Positions 20,645-30,025 of a DNA stretch of 64,000 bases are shown piece after piece. The position numbers and the translations under genes were made by a program. Source of the DNA: Candidatus Bathyarchaeota archaeon (GTDB lineage Archaea > Thermoproteota > Bathyarchaeia > 40CM-2-53-6); contig CAVPLU010000008.1 of the NCBI GenBank assembly GCA_963706285.1, positions 49,210 to 113,209 on the forward strand, read 5' to 3'. The notes beneath the pieces are model-generated. The model worked only from the letters and a program-made list of their open reading frames with translations. It searched no databases and was not told where the DNA came from. Each line of letters opens with the position of its first letter. Positions within the stretch are counted from its first letter, which is position 1.

Positions 20645-20881
20645 ATGATTGATTCCATGTTCAGAAAACCCGACCGAGTTAGCGACTGTGAGATCTGTCA
20701 GAAAAAGCCGGCAACTAGAAGAGCACATTTCACAGCACATTTCCTCCAAGAAGATCCTACACCTCTAATGGTAGAGGAGAAGGTTGCGAAGGTCGAGATC
20801 GAGAAAAGAGTGTGCGATGGCTGCGCAGATAAGCTTCAGAATATGAAGAATGTTACCGACCTAGCGTTCGAGAATCTCTAA
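20645..20881 (+). CDS. Small zinc-finger-like protein
   Basis: CEIC...CDGC pair in 78 aa. Confidence 0.6.
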   Translation: MIDSMFRKPDRVSDCEICQKKPATRRAHFTAHFLQEDPTPLMVEEKVAKVEIEKRVCDGCADKLQNMKNVTDLAFENL

Positions 20882-20920
20882 GATGGACCAGATGAGTGGA
20901 CGAGTCTTGCACAGCAATTC

Positions 20921-21370
20921 TTACGGGTTGAGCAGTTGTTGGTCAACTTGCTTGACGATACCTGTGACAGCTCGTTTATTGATAATGCCCTTTGCCATCT
21001 GTTTCGCTGCTTCGAGCTTGTCTATGTAGTAGCGTATCTGATTGATCTTACCATTGCTCAGTTCCATCACAACCACTGCTGGGATCTGTCCCTCGCGGCC
21101 ATCCTGCAATCGAACTTCGTGAATGTATTCGTGGGTCAGCATGTCTCCAGAAACAATTGGCGGATGGATGTCTTTCGTAACAGACTTCGGGAAGTTCTTC
21201 ATAGCTTTCTCTAGGTACTCCCTAATCTCCTGTTTGTTGTACATTGTGGCACCCGGCATCACGATCCAACTGGCGTCGTCTGCGAACATCGACATTGCCT
21301 TGTCTATGTCTCGGTTGTTGAGGGCAGCATGAAAGTCCCAAGCGATCTTTCTATTCGTCTCTATCGACAA
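20921..21370 (-). CDS. NTF2/SnoaL-like protein
   Basis: FHAALNNRDIDKAMSMFADDA...GKINQIRYYID. Start uncertain. Confidence 0.8.
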   Translation of the reverse strand: MSIETNRKIAWDFHAALNNRDIDKAMSMFADDASWIVMPGATMYNKQEIREYLEKAMKNFPKSVTKDIHPPIVSGDMLTHEYIHEVRLQDGREGQIPAVVVMELSNGKINQIRYYIDKLEAAKQMAKGIINKRAVTGIVKQVDQQLLNP

Positions 21371-21474
21371 GCGAATACTCTTCGGAAGATCGACCTTGAC
21401 GTGAGTGAGATTCACGTCTATTGAGAGATAGCGCTTTTGATGGAAGTCAGAGGTTTCTGCGCGGAGTGACCCAA

Positions 21475-22320
21475 TCACGAGAATTTTGCGTGGCTCATTC
21501 CCTCTTTTCCGTAGATGATTTGATTGCTGAAGAGGCCTCTTAGGCTGCTCGCGTCCTTCGGTTCATGAGCGGACGGGTTGAGTAGGAAAATGGCAGTTAT
21601 CTTCGTGTCCGAGAGTTGCTCTAGTGCGTTGAGCGTGAATTTGTAGGCTGTTCGAGGATCTGTAGACAACATTAGATCGGTGAGGCTGTCGTAGACCATG
21701 TTGAGCGGTCTCTCTTGATGGTCGTCCAGAATCGAAGAGAGCATTAGATCGTGGGTAAGGTGAATGGTCTTCACATGTTCATCTCCGCTGAGAGCCTGTT
21801 CTAGAACGCTTCCGTGGGGTGTAAGAACGAGCACTTTTTCTTTGTTGGTCGTGCATTCAAGAGCGAAGTCTCTTAGGGCGGTTTGATAGGGCATGGACGG
21901 GTCGAACTCGAGCAGCATCTTCTTGCCGGTCAAGGTGCTATGATCGATCCCGAGCTGTCCCGAGAATCTGGTCTTTCGTGATGGTTCGGTGCTCCTAGAC
22001 ATAGATGGAGGAGTTGCACGTCGAAGTGGCAGTCCTCCAAGGTAACTTACCAGTCCAGAGATCACAAGGACAATTCCCAAACCCGCCACCGAATATGCGA
22101 TCCATGTCTGAGTAGGCATTGCAGTCGACTGCGACAGCAAGAAGAGAACGCCAATCAGGACAACTATCAGGCCGAGAGCAAGCCAATGCACTGGGTGTCG
22201 CTTGTGATCAGGCGCCATTGTTACTGTCAAGTCCGTGATTGCACCACACTTGACACAGCATTCAGCGTTCTCTTCAAGTGGTGCCCCACATTTGCTGCAG
22301 AACTTGGCGTTCGTTGTCAT
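21475..22320 (-). CDS. Zinc ribbon + 2 TM + degenerate RecA/KaiC-like (DUF835-like) domain protein
   Basis: CSKC...CVKC, two TM helices, VYDSLTDL...AIFLLNPSAHE...LRGLF. Confidence 0.7.
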   Translation of the reverse strand: MTTNAKFCSKCGAPLEENAECCVKCGAITDLTVTMAPDHKRHPVHWLALGLIVVLIGVLFLLSQSTAMPTQTWIAYSVAGLGIVLVISGLVSYLGGLPLRRATPPSMSRSTEPSRKTRFSGQLGIDHSTLTGKKMLLEFDPSMPYQTALRDFALECTTNKEKVLVLTPHGSVLEQALSGDEHVKTIHLTHDLMLSSILDDHQERPLNMVYDSLTDLMLSTDPRTAYKFTLNALEQLSDTKITAIFLLNPSAHEPKDASSLRGLFSNQIIYGKEGMSHAKFS

Positions 22321-22468
22321 CGGCAGTCGGCAAGACGAGTTTCTCTAGTTACGGGAAAAGAGTTTCGGTTCGTCAGGGGTAATAGTATGGGTCATTAAGA
22401 TCGAGTCTATTTGTGAACGCTTCAGTCACGCGCTAGCCGGATACCTTCAGATGTGACTAGATCGGGTC

Positions 22469-22798
22469 TTATCTGTGTCGACTGTTTCTCCGATCCTTAG
22501 TGTCTCTTTGCTGCCAGTCTCTCTTTCTCTGAGTCTGAATCCTCATCCTTCCGGATCTGAATCCCATGCCATCTCTTCTGTACTCTTGTATCCCAGAATA
22601 GAATGCGTAATAGCTGTCTTCGCTATCATCTTTCGAGAGAGCGGATATCAGCTCGTTCAGCTTGTTCCTGGCAGTCTCAGATCCGTTATCTTCCCATGCC
22701 CGAGAATAGACGCCATAGGCCACGTGAAATTTGAAATCCTGCGGCCTATCGATATCAAGCTTCACTGGAGCCTTGATTTCTGAGCTCTCTTCCGACAA
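22469..22798 (-). CDS. Hypothetical protein with basic C-terminal tail
   Basis: 109-aa ORF co-oriented with the helicase cluster; Arg-rich C-terminus. Confidence 0.6.
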   Translation of the reverse strand: MSEESSEIKAPVKLDIDRPQDFKFHVAYGVYSRAWEDNGSETARNKLNELISALSKDDSEDSYYAFYSGIQEYRRDGMGFRSGRMRIQTQRKRDWQQRDTKDRRNSRHR

Positions 22799-22887
22799 GT
22801 CTGCTAGACTCTCTTAAACGCTGACCGGACTGGTGTCGTCGTATTTAGGTCCTGCTGAAAACTTCGAGAACACAAAAGCACTCTCGG

Positions 22888-23559
22888 CTATTGAGCGATT
22901 CTTTCCGTGGATTGAACAGTTGAGATGCTTCCTGTCTTCCACGGCAGTGACAGTTGCATTTCTCCTCTGAAGTGCTTGACAGTCGCATCGTGGATTACTA
23001 CTGTGTCATCCTTTGCTATGGATTCAATCTGGCGGTTCCAGAGAGGTAATCGGACTTCTCCTGTGCCGTCGGACAGGGTTGCAATGCATACTGCAAGCGG
23101 TGAGCCGTTTCTTGACTCGACCGCCCTAACCTCAGATTTGTCCGTAACACGAGCTTTCAGGCTCACATGTTTCAAGCCGAATTGAAGATCCGCGATGCGC
23201 CTCTTGAAGTCGGCACTATTGCCAACATTAGATTGTGCGTGCGAATCCTTCAGCAGTTGCTTGAACTCCGGGGGAACATCTCGAAGCTTTGCTAGTGAGG
23301 TATCGGAAACTGCTGCCTGCGCGACAGATCGGTCGTTCTGTGAGAACATGAAACGTGACGCGTTTTCTCCGCGTTCTCGCAGCTGTATCGATAGAGGTCC
23401 GCATGATGTCTCTTTGCTGCTCTTTGCCTTTACCAAGGCGTTGTGTAGTTCAACGGGCTCCAAGCCGTACTTCTTTGCGAGCATGAGTAGGTAGACAAGA
23501 TCGCGGTCTGAGCCCCGGCCACTTGTCAGGTTTCTTGCGGCTACCGGCATGTGAATCAT
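22888..23559 (-). CDS. OB-fold nucleic-acid-binding (SSB/RPA-like) protein with unknown N-terminal domain
   Basis: IADLQFGLKHVSLKARV...LSDGTGEVRLPLWNRQI...FRGEMQL. Confidence 0.8.
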   Translation of the reverse strand: MIHMPVAARNLTSGRGSDRDLVYLLMLAKKYGLEPVELHNALVKAKSSKETSCGPLSIQLRERGENASRFMFSQNDRSVAQAAVSDTSLAKLRDVPPEFKQLLKDSHAQSNVGNSADFKRRIADLQFGLKHVSLKARVTDKSEVRAVESRNGSPLAVCIATLSDGTGEVRLPLWNRQIESIAKDDTVVIHDATVKHFRGEMQLSLPWKTGSISTVQSTERIAQ

Positions 23560-23564
23560 ACCTC

Positions 23565-24842
23565 TCAGGGTCGTACGTTCGTTATAGAGGCACCGCTTGG
23601 TCCGCGCATTCCTCTAAACGGCGGGTCGTGGCCATACCTAGTGCGTCTATGCTGCATTCCATTGAATCTACGGCGTGTCTCTCCGTGAAACCTTCCCGGC
23701 CTTTCACTGCTTGGAGCAAATGTATTTCGCTCGAGCTTGCCCATTTCGAGACGTTCAATCTGATAGTCTGCCATCGTCTCAATGGTTCGAAAATCAGCGC
23801 TCTGGTCCGCAGACACGATCGTCACTGCTGTTCCTGTCTTGCCGGCTCGCCCGGTTCTGCCGATCCTGTGGAAGTAGGTTAAGGGATCTTCTGGAACGTC
23901 GTAGTTGATGATATGTGTGACTCCGTCAATGTCTAGTCCTCTTCCGGCTAGGTCGGTGGCAACCAGGATGCGGCTGTGGCCGCTTCGAAAGTCTTCCATT
24001 GCACGGTCACGCTGATTCTGGGAAAGATCACCATTTATTGCCGTTGCATTCTCGTGTCTTCTCCTGAGCGACTCGGTAAGCCAGAACGTGGTGCGTTTGG
24101 TCCTGCAGAACACTATGGCGCGTTCGACGGTCTTGTCATGTATGATCTTCAAGAGTGCATCGAGTTTAGTGTCACGGTCCGCTTGGCAGAAGCATTGTTT
24201 GATCTCCTTGACGTTGAGGTCTTCTGATTCGATCAGGACTTCACGTGGGTTCTTCATGTGTCTGCGGGCGAGTTTGCGTATTTCACTGGGCATGGTTGCA
24301 GAGAAGAACGCAATTTGGTGTCTTCCGGTCTGCTGCAGGATGTGCTCAACGTCGTCTATGAAGCCCATGTCGAGCATTCTATCCGCCTCGTCGAGCACGA
24401 CGCATTGAACGTTTTCAAGGTGTAGGGATCGGCGTTCGAGATGGTCAAGGATGCGGCCTGGGGTTCCAACGATGATTTGCGGGCAATCCTCCAAAGCGTC
24501 AATTTGGGCGTGGATTGACTTGCCGCCGTAGATGGCCAGCGCACGCTTACGTGTGAATCTGGCGTACGAATTGATGTCATCGGCGACTTGCATCGCAAGC
24601 TCGCGTGTCGGAACAAGCACCAACGCTTGTATGTTCAAATTTTTCTCATCGACGATTTCCAAAATCGGTAGGCCAAACGCGGCGGTCTTTCCAGTACCTG
24701 TGTGTGCTTGACCAATAACATCGGTTCCGCTCCATAGAAGCGGAATGATTGCTTCCTGGATTGGAAACGGCACGTCGAATCCGAGCGACTTAACTGCGCT
24801 CAATATTTCCGGGCTAAGGCCCAGTTCTTCGAAACTACTCAT
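23565..24842 (-). CDS. DEAD-box RNA helicase
   Basis: FEELGL Q motif, AHTGTGKT, PTRELA, TPGR, DEAD, SAT, GRGLD, HRIGRTGR. Confidence 0.96.
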   Translation of the reverse strand: MSSFEELGLSPEILSAVKSLGFDVPFPIQEAIIPLLWSGTDVIGQAHTGTGKTAAFGLPILEIVDEKNLNIQALVLVPTRELAMQVADDINSYARFTRKRALAIYGGKSIHAQIDALEDCPQIIVGTPGRILDHLERRSLHLENVQCVVLDEADRMLDMGFIDDVEHILQQTGRHQIAFFSATMPSEIRKLARRHMKNPREVLIESEDLNVKEIKQCFCQADRDTKLDALLKIIHDKTVERAIVFCRTKRTTFWLTESLRRRHENATAINGDLSQNQRDRAMEDFRSGHSRILVATDLAGRGLDIDGVTHIINYDVPEDPLTYFHRIGRTGRAGKTGTAVTIVSADQSADFRTIETMADYQIERLEMGKLERNTFAPSSERPGRFHGETRRRFNGMQHRRTRYGHDPPFRGMRGPSGASITNVRP

Positions 24843-25541
24843 TGTCTATTTCTCCTTAGCCTCAGCAACTAACCCGTAGGTCCGTGATAATTCCCGAAAA
24901 CTCGATCCGACGTTCTGTCAGACTATGAGCAGTTACGCGAACTAGAATTCGGTTCTCTCAGACTTCCACGATATTGCTGCTTTGGCATTCTTCTGTTTCA
25001 AGAAGAACTCAAAGTCTCGTGGATCTCCACGTAGATATGAGCGCTTCTCTTGCGCTCAGGAAGGCCGCCTCAGGTAAAAACCTAGTGGTATGGAGCATAT
25101 AGCATCACACAGCCTCTGGAGAAGGGCCCCCATCGATCAGATGTTGCTAGGCACAGCCAAAGATGTGAAGGCTCATTTCATTCGAAACCTGTCGTCAGTT
25201 TGAAAAGATTCGTGAGAGTCCCCGGACAGTCACTAGACACTCCCGAGGCTGCAGAAAGAGTCCACCATGTAGTCATCAAAGACAAGCCTGCCGTAAAGAA
25301 AACCCCCGGGCTAACCACCATGACATGTAGACGAGATCGCCTATTTGACTTCCGGACAAAAGTACACGAGTCACGAGGCTAAATCGATAGTTGCAGAAGA
25401 GTTTTGAAGAGAAGCAAAGGTCTGAGCCGAAGATCCAAGAGCCACAGCAAGATTCGAGGCATCAAAATGGACGGTGACTTTGTGAATGCCAAGGGAAACG
25501 CTGATCTTCAACTTCGTTAACAACTCACAGGAGGTTCTCCT

Positions 25542-25691
25542 ATGGTTTTGGATGTAGTCTGCAACATGCAGGTAGACGAGAAGACCGCAAAATGGAAGTC
25601 TGAATACAACGCCAGAACATACTACTTCTGTTCGTCAATGTGCAAACAGCAGTTTGACAAAACTCCGGAGAAGTTCACTAAGCACGCGTAA
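25542..25691 (+). CDS. YHS/TRASH domain small protein (metal chaperone-like)
   Basis: MVLDVVCNMQVDEKTAKWKSEYNARTYYFCSSMCKQQFDKTPEKF; GGAGG at 25530-25534. Below the ORF-track cutoff. Confidence 0.88.
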   Translation: MVLDVVCNMQVDEKTAKWKSEYNARTYYFCSSMCKQQFDKTPEKFTKHA

Positions 25692-25820
25692 GTTGCTCTA
25701 ACTAGCGAAGATCGCAGGACTTGCTTAGAGCACCGAGATGTGGTGTGAGTTCGAGTCGAACGTCATTCAATCCCCATCGCAGAATAGCAGGGTGGGCACA
25801 AGGAATGCCGCTAAGAAGTA

Positions 25821-26384
25821 CTAAGATCCGTGTACCTCTTTGCCTAGCTTCTCAGCAAATTCCTCGAATCGATGATGGAGATCCAACCCGATCGCCTTTT
25901 CCACCGTCTCGAATTTCTCCCATAGCTCTCTCTGTTCATCCGCATTCAGAATTTTGTTGGTCATGGGAAATAGAAGGTAATCTTCCTTCCAAATGTGATT
26001 TGGATAAAGACCAATCAAACCCCGTAGGTTGTCTAGCAGATTCTTCTTAGCCGATCCGGCATCCTTTGCATACGTATCCGCTGCAGTTGCCAGTTCAGCT
26101 ACGAGCAGCCTACTTCTCTGATGTTCAGCGATTAGTATCGCTAGGGGGCAGCCGCGAACTGGGACTCCTTTCCTTTCCAAGAGTGGGAATAAGTGGGTCT
26201 CCTCCTTCCCGTGATGGCATCTGTCGGAGAAAGTCCGCATGAACTCCACGATTTCCCGAAACGTTTCTGGCGCCACTTCTCGACCGGCTTCAAGCTCTTC
26301 AGCAAGAACTGCAAACGTCCCCACGACTTTCTGTATGAATCGATGCTCCCGCTCAAGCATTTCAGTCGGTTTCTGATCCATCAC
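25821..26384 (-). CDS. Hemerythrin (HHE) domain protein
   Basis: EHRFI, DRCHHGKEE..LFP, EHQ, HIWKEDYLLFP. Confidence 0.9.
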   Translation of the reverse strand: MMDQKPTEMLEREHRFIQKVVGTFAVLAEELEAGREVAPETFREIVEFMRTFSDRCHHGKEETHLFPLLERKGVPVRGCPLAILIAEHQRSRLLVAELATAADTYAKDAGSAKKNLLDNLRGLIGLYPNHIWKEDYLLFPMTNKILNADEQRELWEKFETVEKAIGLDLHHRFEEFAEKLGKEVHGS

Positions 26385-26468
26385 TCTATTTTCCGCTCAC
26401 GATTCTCTTTCAGGTAGATACATCAAGATAGGTACATGTAGCAAGCCATCTGAAAGCTTCCATTTGAT

Positions 26469-28100
26469 CTACTTTGATTGTGACACTTGCGGGATGAAGA
26501 GTCCAATGAGGGTTCTGAGGCCGTATGTGCGAACAAGATTTACCAGAAACGCAAGGAATCCTAATGCGAGTATTATGCCGAAGAACATGGCTCCGTTCAT
26601 GTAGGGTAGGTACATCGTGACGCCTGGGTAGAGTGTTCTCCGGAGCATTCCGTCTCTCCATGCAAGGCCCATTGAGAATGCCATTCCGATGCCGCCTATG
26701 GTCCAAAGCCAGAAGTGGAGGTTGCTGAGCCGTTCGCTCTTGAGTGCCGTGCCTGTAAGCATTGGAAGGAGCGCGTAGAGTGCTGCGAAGAGTATGTTGC
26801 TCAAACCCGTGAGAAGCATTTCGTGTATGTGGAATCCTGGAACCCATTGAGTATTGTGCATGACAAGATTGACTGCGTAGTTTGCTTGCAGGAGTCCTGA
26901 GCCCCCTCCGAGTGCGAAGCCCATTATGCCTCCGAGCATGAATTTCAGCGGCATAGTGAGTTTGATGGGTCTTGCAAGCCACAGCGTCATGAGTACCGCG
27001 AAGAACGATAGGCCCATCGTGAAGAATTCGCCCCACGTTATGAACTGGCCAGAAATGAGTCTCATTAGATCAGGCTGAGGTCTATCTGATAGTAAGTGGT
27101 GACTCCAAACACCCATAGAGACAATGAGGTCTGTGAGAATCACGTACCTGACGACTTGTTCTCCGTAGAGTGGTCTATTTGCGAGGATTGGTGCGAGCAA
27201 ATAGAGTGTCCCAGCCACCCATATGAGCACGTCGCCGTCGGCGATCATGTCGAGGCCCCACCAGAAGATGTTCTTGTAGAGCAGAGGATCGATAATCAAT
27301 GGGTCGAGCCTTATGCCAGCCAGCAAAGTCGGAAGGGCAAATGCGAGCATCAATACCCCAGCGCCCGCAAGCACAACCGCATTCAGGACGGCATCGATGG
27401 ATCCTCGCATAACGGCTACAACGAACACCGGCAGCGGTTCGGGGTCTGGGGCATGAGAGCCTCCGTTGAGAGCTGTCTTGTGTCCAAAGATCCCTCTGAG
27501 AGAACGTGCCACTCCATCTAAGCCGAATGATGCGATCAGCAGACTTCGAAGCGCAACTCCCTTTGTAAATGCATCAGGCTTAGTTGTTCTCAAGATCGTG
27601 GCGAAGATGTTGAAGATGAAGCACAGAACGGAGAGCTCCACAAGGGCGAGGCCTACCGCGAAAACGACAACGCTGATTGGCGGGAAACGGGCGACTGGTA
27701 GAGGCCAATAGACTGTGTATAGTGATCCGAACCTTAGGAAGAATCCTGCAGACCACACCGCGAGCAGGCCTATAATATGTGCCCACATGTGTCCGTTCGC
27801 GAGCTTGATGCTGTAGAGTGGTCTCTTGATCAGTGTGGGGACTAGGTAGTAGAAGGCTGCAAAGACCGCCAAGTAGGCCCAACCGTAAGCGCCGACGAGT
27901 GGATGTGCTGTGAGCATCGCATAGTAATGTTCGGGTGCCATTGGAATTGTTATTAGCCCTGGGACCGCAAGCGAGATGTCGGAAAGTTGTGTCCGCATGA
28001 AGAGGCCTTCGATGCCGGTTAGCCCCAAGAACGCTATGGCCACGACTGCATAGCGCAGAGAGAGCACTTCAAGACTCATGACGCGTTTCGTCATGATCAC
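26469..28100 (-). CDS. Heme-copper oxidase superfamily subunit I, gNOR-like putative nitric oxide reductase
   Basis: LTAHPLVG (heme His), FWWGLDMIAD in place of FWWxGHPxVY, WSHHL, WVPGFHIHE, GMLRR; about 12 TM helices. Confidence 0.85.
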   Translation of the reverse strand: MIMTKRVMSLEVLSLRYAVVAIAFLGLTGIEGLFMRTQLSDISLAVPGLITIPMAPEHYYAMLTAHPLVGAYGWAYLAVFAAFYYLVPTLIKRPLYSIKLANGHMWAHIIGLLAVWSAGFFLRFGSLYTVYWPLPVARFPPISVVVFAVGLALVELSVLCFIFNIFATILRTTKPDAFTKGVALRSLLIASFGLDGVARSLRGIFGHKTALNGGSHAPDPEPLPVFVVAVMRGSIDAVLNAVVLAGAGVLMLAFALPTLLAGIRLDPLIIDPLLYKNIFWWGLDMIADGDVLIWVAGTLYLLAPILANRPLYGEQVVRYVILTDLIVSMGVWSHHLLSDRPQPDLMRLISGQFITWGEFFTMGLSFFAVLMTLWLARPIKLTMPLKFMLGGIMGFALGGGSGLLQANYAVNLVMHNTQWVPGFHIHEMLLTGLSNILFAALYALLPMLTGTALKSERLSNLHFWLWTIGGIGMAFSMGLAWRDGMLRRTLYPGVTMYLPYMNGAMFFGIILALGFLAFLVNLVRTYGLRTLIGLFIPQVSQSK

Positions 28101-28528
28101 GACACCACCGTTATCGCGTCAGGGATTACCATGGATGAATGCTCTGGCCCCGAGTATTCGGTTGATCTGATCGTGTAGGAGCCTGGCTCGTCGAAGATCC
28201 AGACGATCTCGTTACTGTGGTTGGGCACTACCTGAATCTGGAAGAGCATTCGGCCGCTTTTGTAGAAGACGCCGAAACCATATGTCACGTCGGTAGATGT
28301 TACTGCGAACTGAACCGGTTCGCCAACCTTAATGGTAATGCCGCTGGCGGGTAGGGTGAATTGGTAGTCGCTTATACTGATGTGAAAGGTCTTCGTCGGG
28401 GTCGGCTGAGACCAGAAGAGCCACCTCTGCGACGGAATAAGCGGAGAGATTGTTATTGCATTGATGAGGACCGCGATAACAATCAAGAGATAGAGATAGC
28501 GCTTCTCAGTTTTCTCCATCTTGACCAT
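28097..28528 (-). CDS. Heme-copper oxidase subunit II (cupredoxin) lacking CuA ligands
   Basis: TSTDVTYGF and RSTEYSGPEHSSM, versus canonical DVxHGF and CxExCGxxHxxM. Confidence 0.85.
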   Translation of the reverse strand: MVKMEKTEKRYLYLLIVIAVLINAITISPLIPSQRWLFWSQPTPTKTFHISISDYQFTLPASGITIKVGEPVQFAVTSTDVTYGFGVFYKSGRMLFQIQVVPNHSNEIVWIFDEPGSYTIRSTEYSGPEHSSMVIPDAITVVS

Positions 28529-28534
28529 GGCTCG

Positions 28535-28642
28535 TCACTTCGACTTCGGAGTAGTCAGTTTGCGAGCGAAGTATGCGATGAAAACCACGACGCCAATTGC
28601 GTAGATCGAATATAGCAAGTCAATAGCGTCGACTATCGACAT
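28535..28642 (-). CDS. 35-aa single-TM peptide (subunit IIa-like), in frame with subunit II
   Basis: MSIVDAIDLLYSIYAIGVVVFIAYFARKLTTPKSK*. Confidence 0.7.
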   Translation of the reverse strand: MSIVDAIDLLYSIYAIGVVVFIAYFARKLTTPKSK

Positions 28643-28718
28643 ATCCTATCGAGTACTTCTTTAGGCGCCCGTTTTTGGTAATAAGCACTTCGCAATCGAA
28701 TATGCTTGGGGATTTTAA

Positions 28719-29843
28719 GTGCACTACTACGTGACGCTTACTAACAATTGCAATCTGCAATGTAGATACTGTTACGGGAAGGCCTGCGAAGATTTCGGCA
28801 GTGATTTTCACGGTCTCTCAATCGACAATTCGCTGCCCAGCTCCATGGCCTACTCTGCAGAGACACTGAGGAAGTTCTTGGAGAGAGATCCAGAACCAGC
28901 CGTAGTATTCTATGGCGGTGAACCGCTGCTTCGGATGGACAAACTGAGAGAGATCATGGATCAGTTGACGACCTGCAAATTTACGATTCAAACTAATGGC
29001 CTCATGCTCAGCAAACTCGAAACTGAGTACGTGAACAGGCTTGATGCGGTTCTCGTCTCAGTCGATGGTGACGAAGCCTTGACTGACTACTACAGGGGAA
29101 AAGGAATCTACCGCGGCGTTGCGGAGAATGTCATGGCAATTCGCGAGGGCGGTTTCAAAGGCGAGATAATCGCCCGGATGACAGTGGGAGAAGAAACAGA
29201 GATTGACCGCCAAGTCCTAGCTTTGATTCAAAGCAGTGAACTGCCTGTATCGTCAATTCACTGGCAACTTGATGCACTATTTTGGCAGAACGATTTCCCG
29301 AAGCGACGATTTGCGGAATGGGCCAGTGGAAGCTACAATCCCCGATTGAGGAAACTTGTTCGCGCCTGGGTAGAGCACATGGAGGAGAATGGCGAAGTCT
29401 TGAGGCTCTACCCGTTCGTAGGGGTCATGCAGTCTCTCCTAACGAGCGAATCAAGCCGACTCCGCTGCGGCGCTGGGCATATCATGTTTAACATTCAAAC
29501 GGATGGTAACATAACTCCGTGCCCAGTGATGGCTGGAATGAAGGACTTCTACTTGGGCAACATTCGAGAGCCCTCTCCAGAGAGACTGAGAGACGCTGTG
29601 TTTGTGTCTAAACCTTGCACGGGATGCGAGATCTATCAGATCTGTGGCGGTCGGTGCCTCTACGCGAACGCTACCAAGCTCTGGGGGGACGAAGGATTCA
29701 ACCAAGTCTGCGGCACCGTCATGAATATGGTGGACTCCTTGCATGAGGCGCTCCCCCAAGTCAGGGCTCTAATAGCCAAGGGAAGAATCCGCCTAGAGCA
29801 CTTCGAGTATCCTCGATACAACAGCTGCGAGATAATCCCCTAG
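28719..29843 (+). CDS. Radical SAM/SPASM protein (TIGR04084/AF0577-like)
   Basis: CNLQCRYC, FYGGEPLL, HWQLD, LRCGAG, PCPV, CTGC...CGGRC, YNSCEIIP. Confidence 0.88.
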   Translation: MHYYVTLTNNCNLQCRYCYGKACEDFGSDFHGLSIDNSLPSSMAYSAETLRKFLERDPEPAVVFYGGEPLLRMDKLREIMDQLTTCKFTIQTNGLMLSKLETEYVNRLDAVLVSVDGDEALTDYYRGKGIYRGVAENVMAIREGGFKGEIIARMTVGEETEIDRQVLALIQSSELPVSSIHWQLDALFWQNDFPKRRFAEWASGSYNPRLRKLVRAWVEHMEENGEVLRLYPFVGVMQSLLTSESSRLRCGAGHIMFNIQTDGNITPCPVMAGMKDFYLGNIREPSPERLRDAVFVSKPCTGCEIYQICGGRCLYANATKLWGDEGFNQVCGTVMNMVDSLHEALPQVRALIAKGRIRLEHFEYPRYNSCEIIP

Positions 29844-30025
29844 CCGTTCACGGCCTCACGATTCAAAGCCATCACAATCGGTCGGGAGGAAATCCCTCAC
29901 CTAATCGACATGTACAATCTCACGCGAAACCCAAAATGCCCCCAAGGAGAGATTTGTCATGGTCAGTGGAATACGACGCACAAGGTTTATTCGGGCTGCT
30001 CCGATCGTTGTTGCAGAAGTGAATC

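Noticed and set aside
26410-27036. 208-aa alternate-frame ORF within the oxidase gene, and similar shadow ORFs throughout
   Set aside because: They overlap well-supported genes and have no recognisable features.
28535-28537. In-frame TGA as selenocysteine
   Set aside because: It falls in a basic linker, not at a Cys-equivalent position, and no SECIS-like element was recognised.
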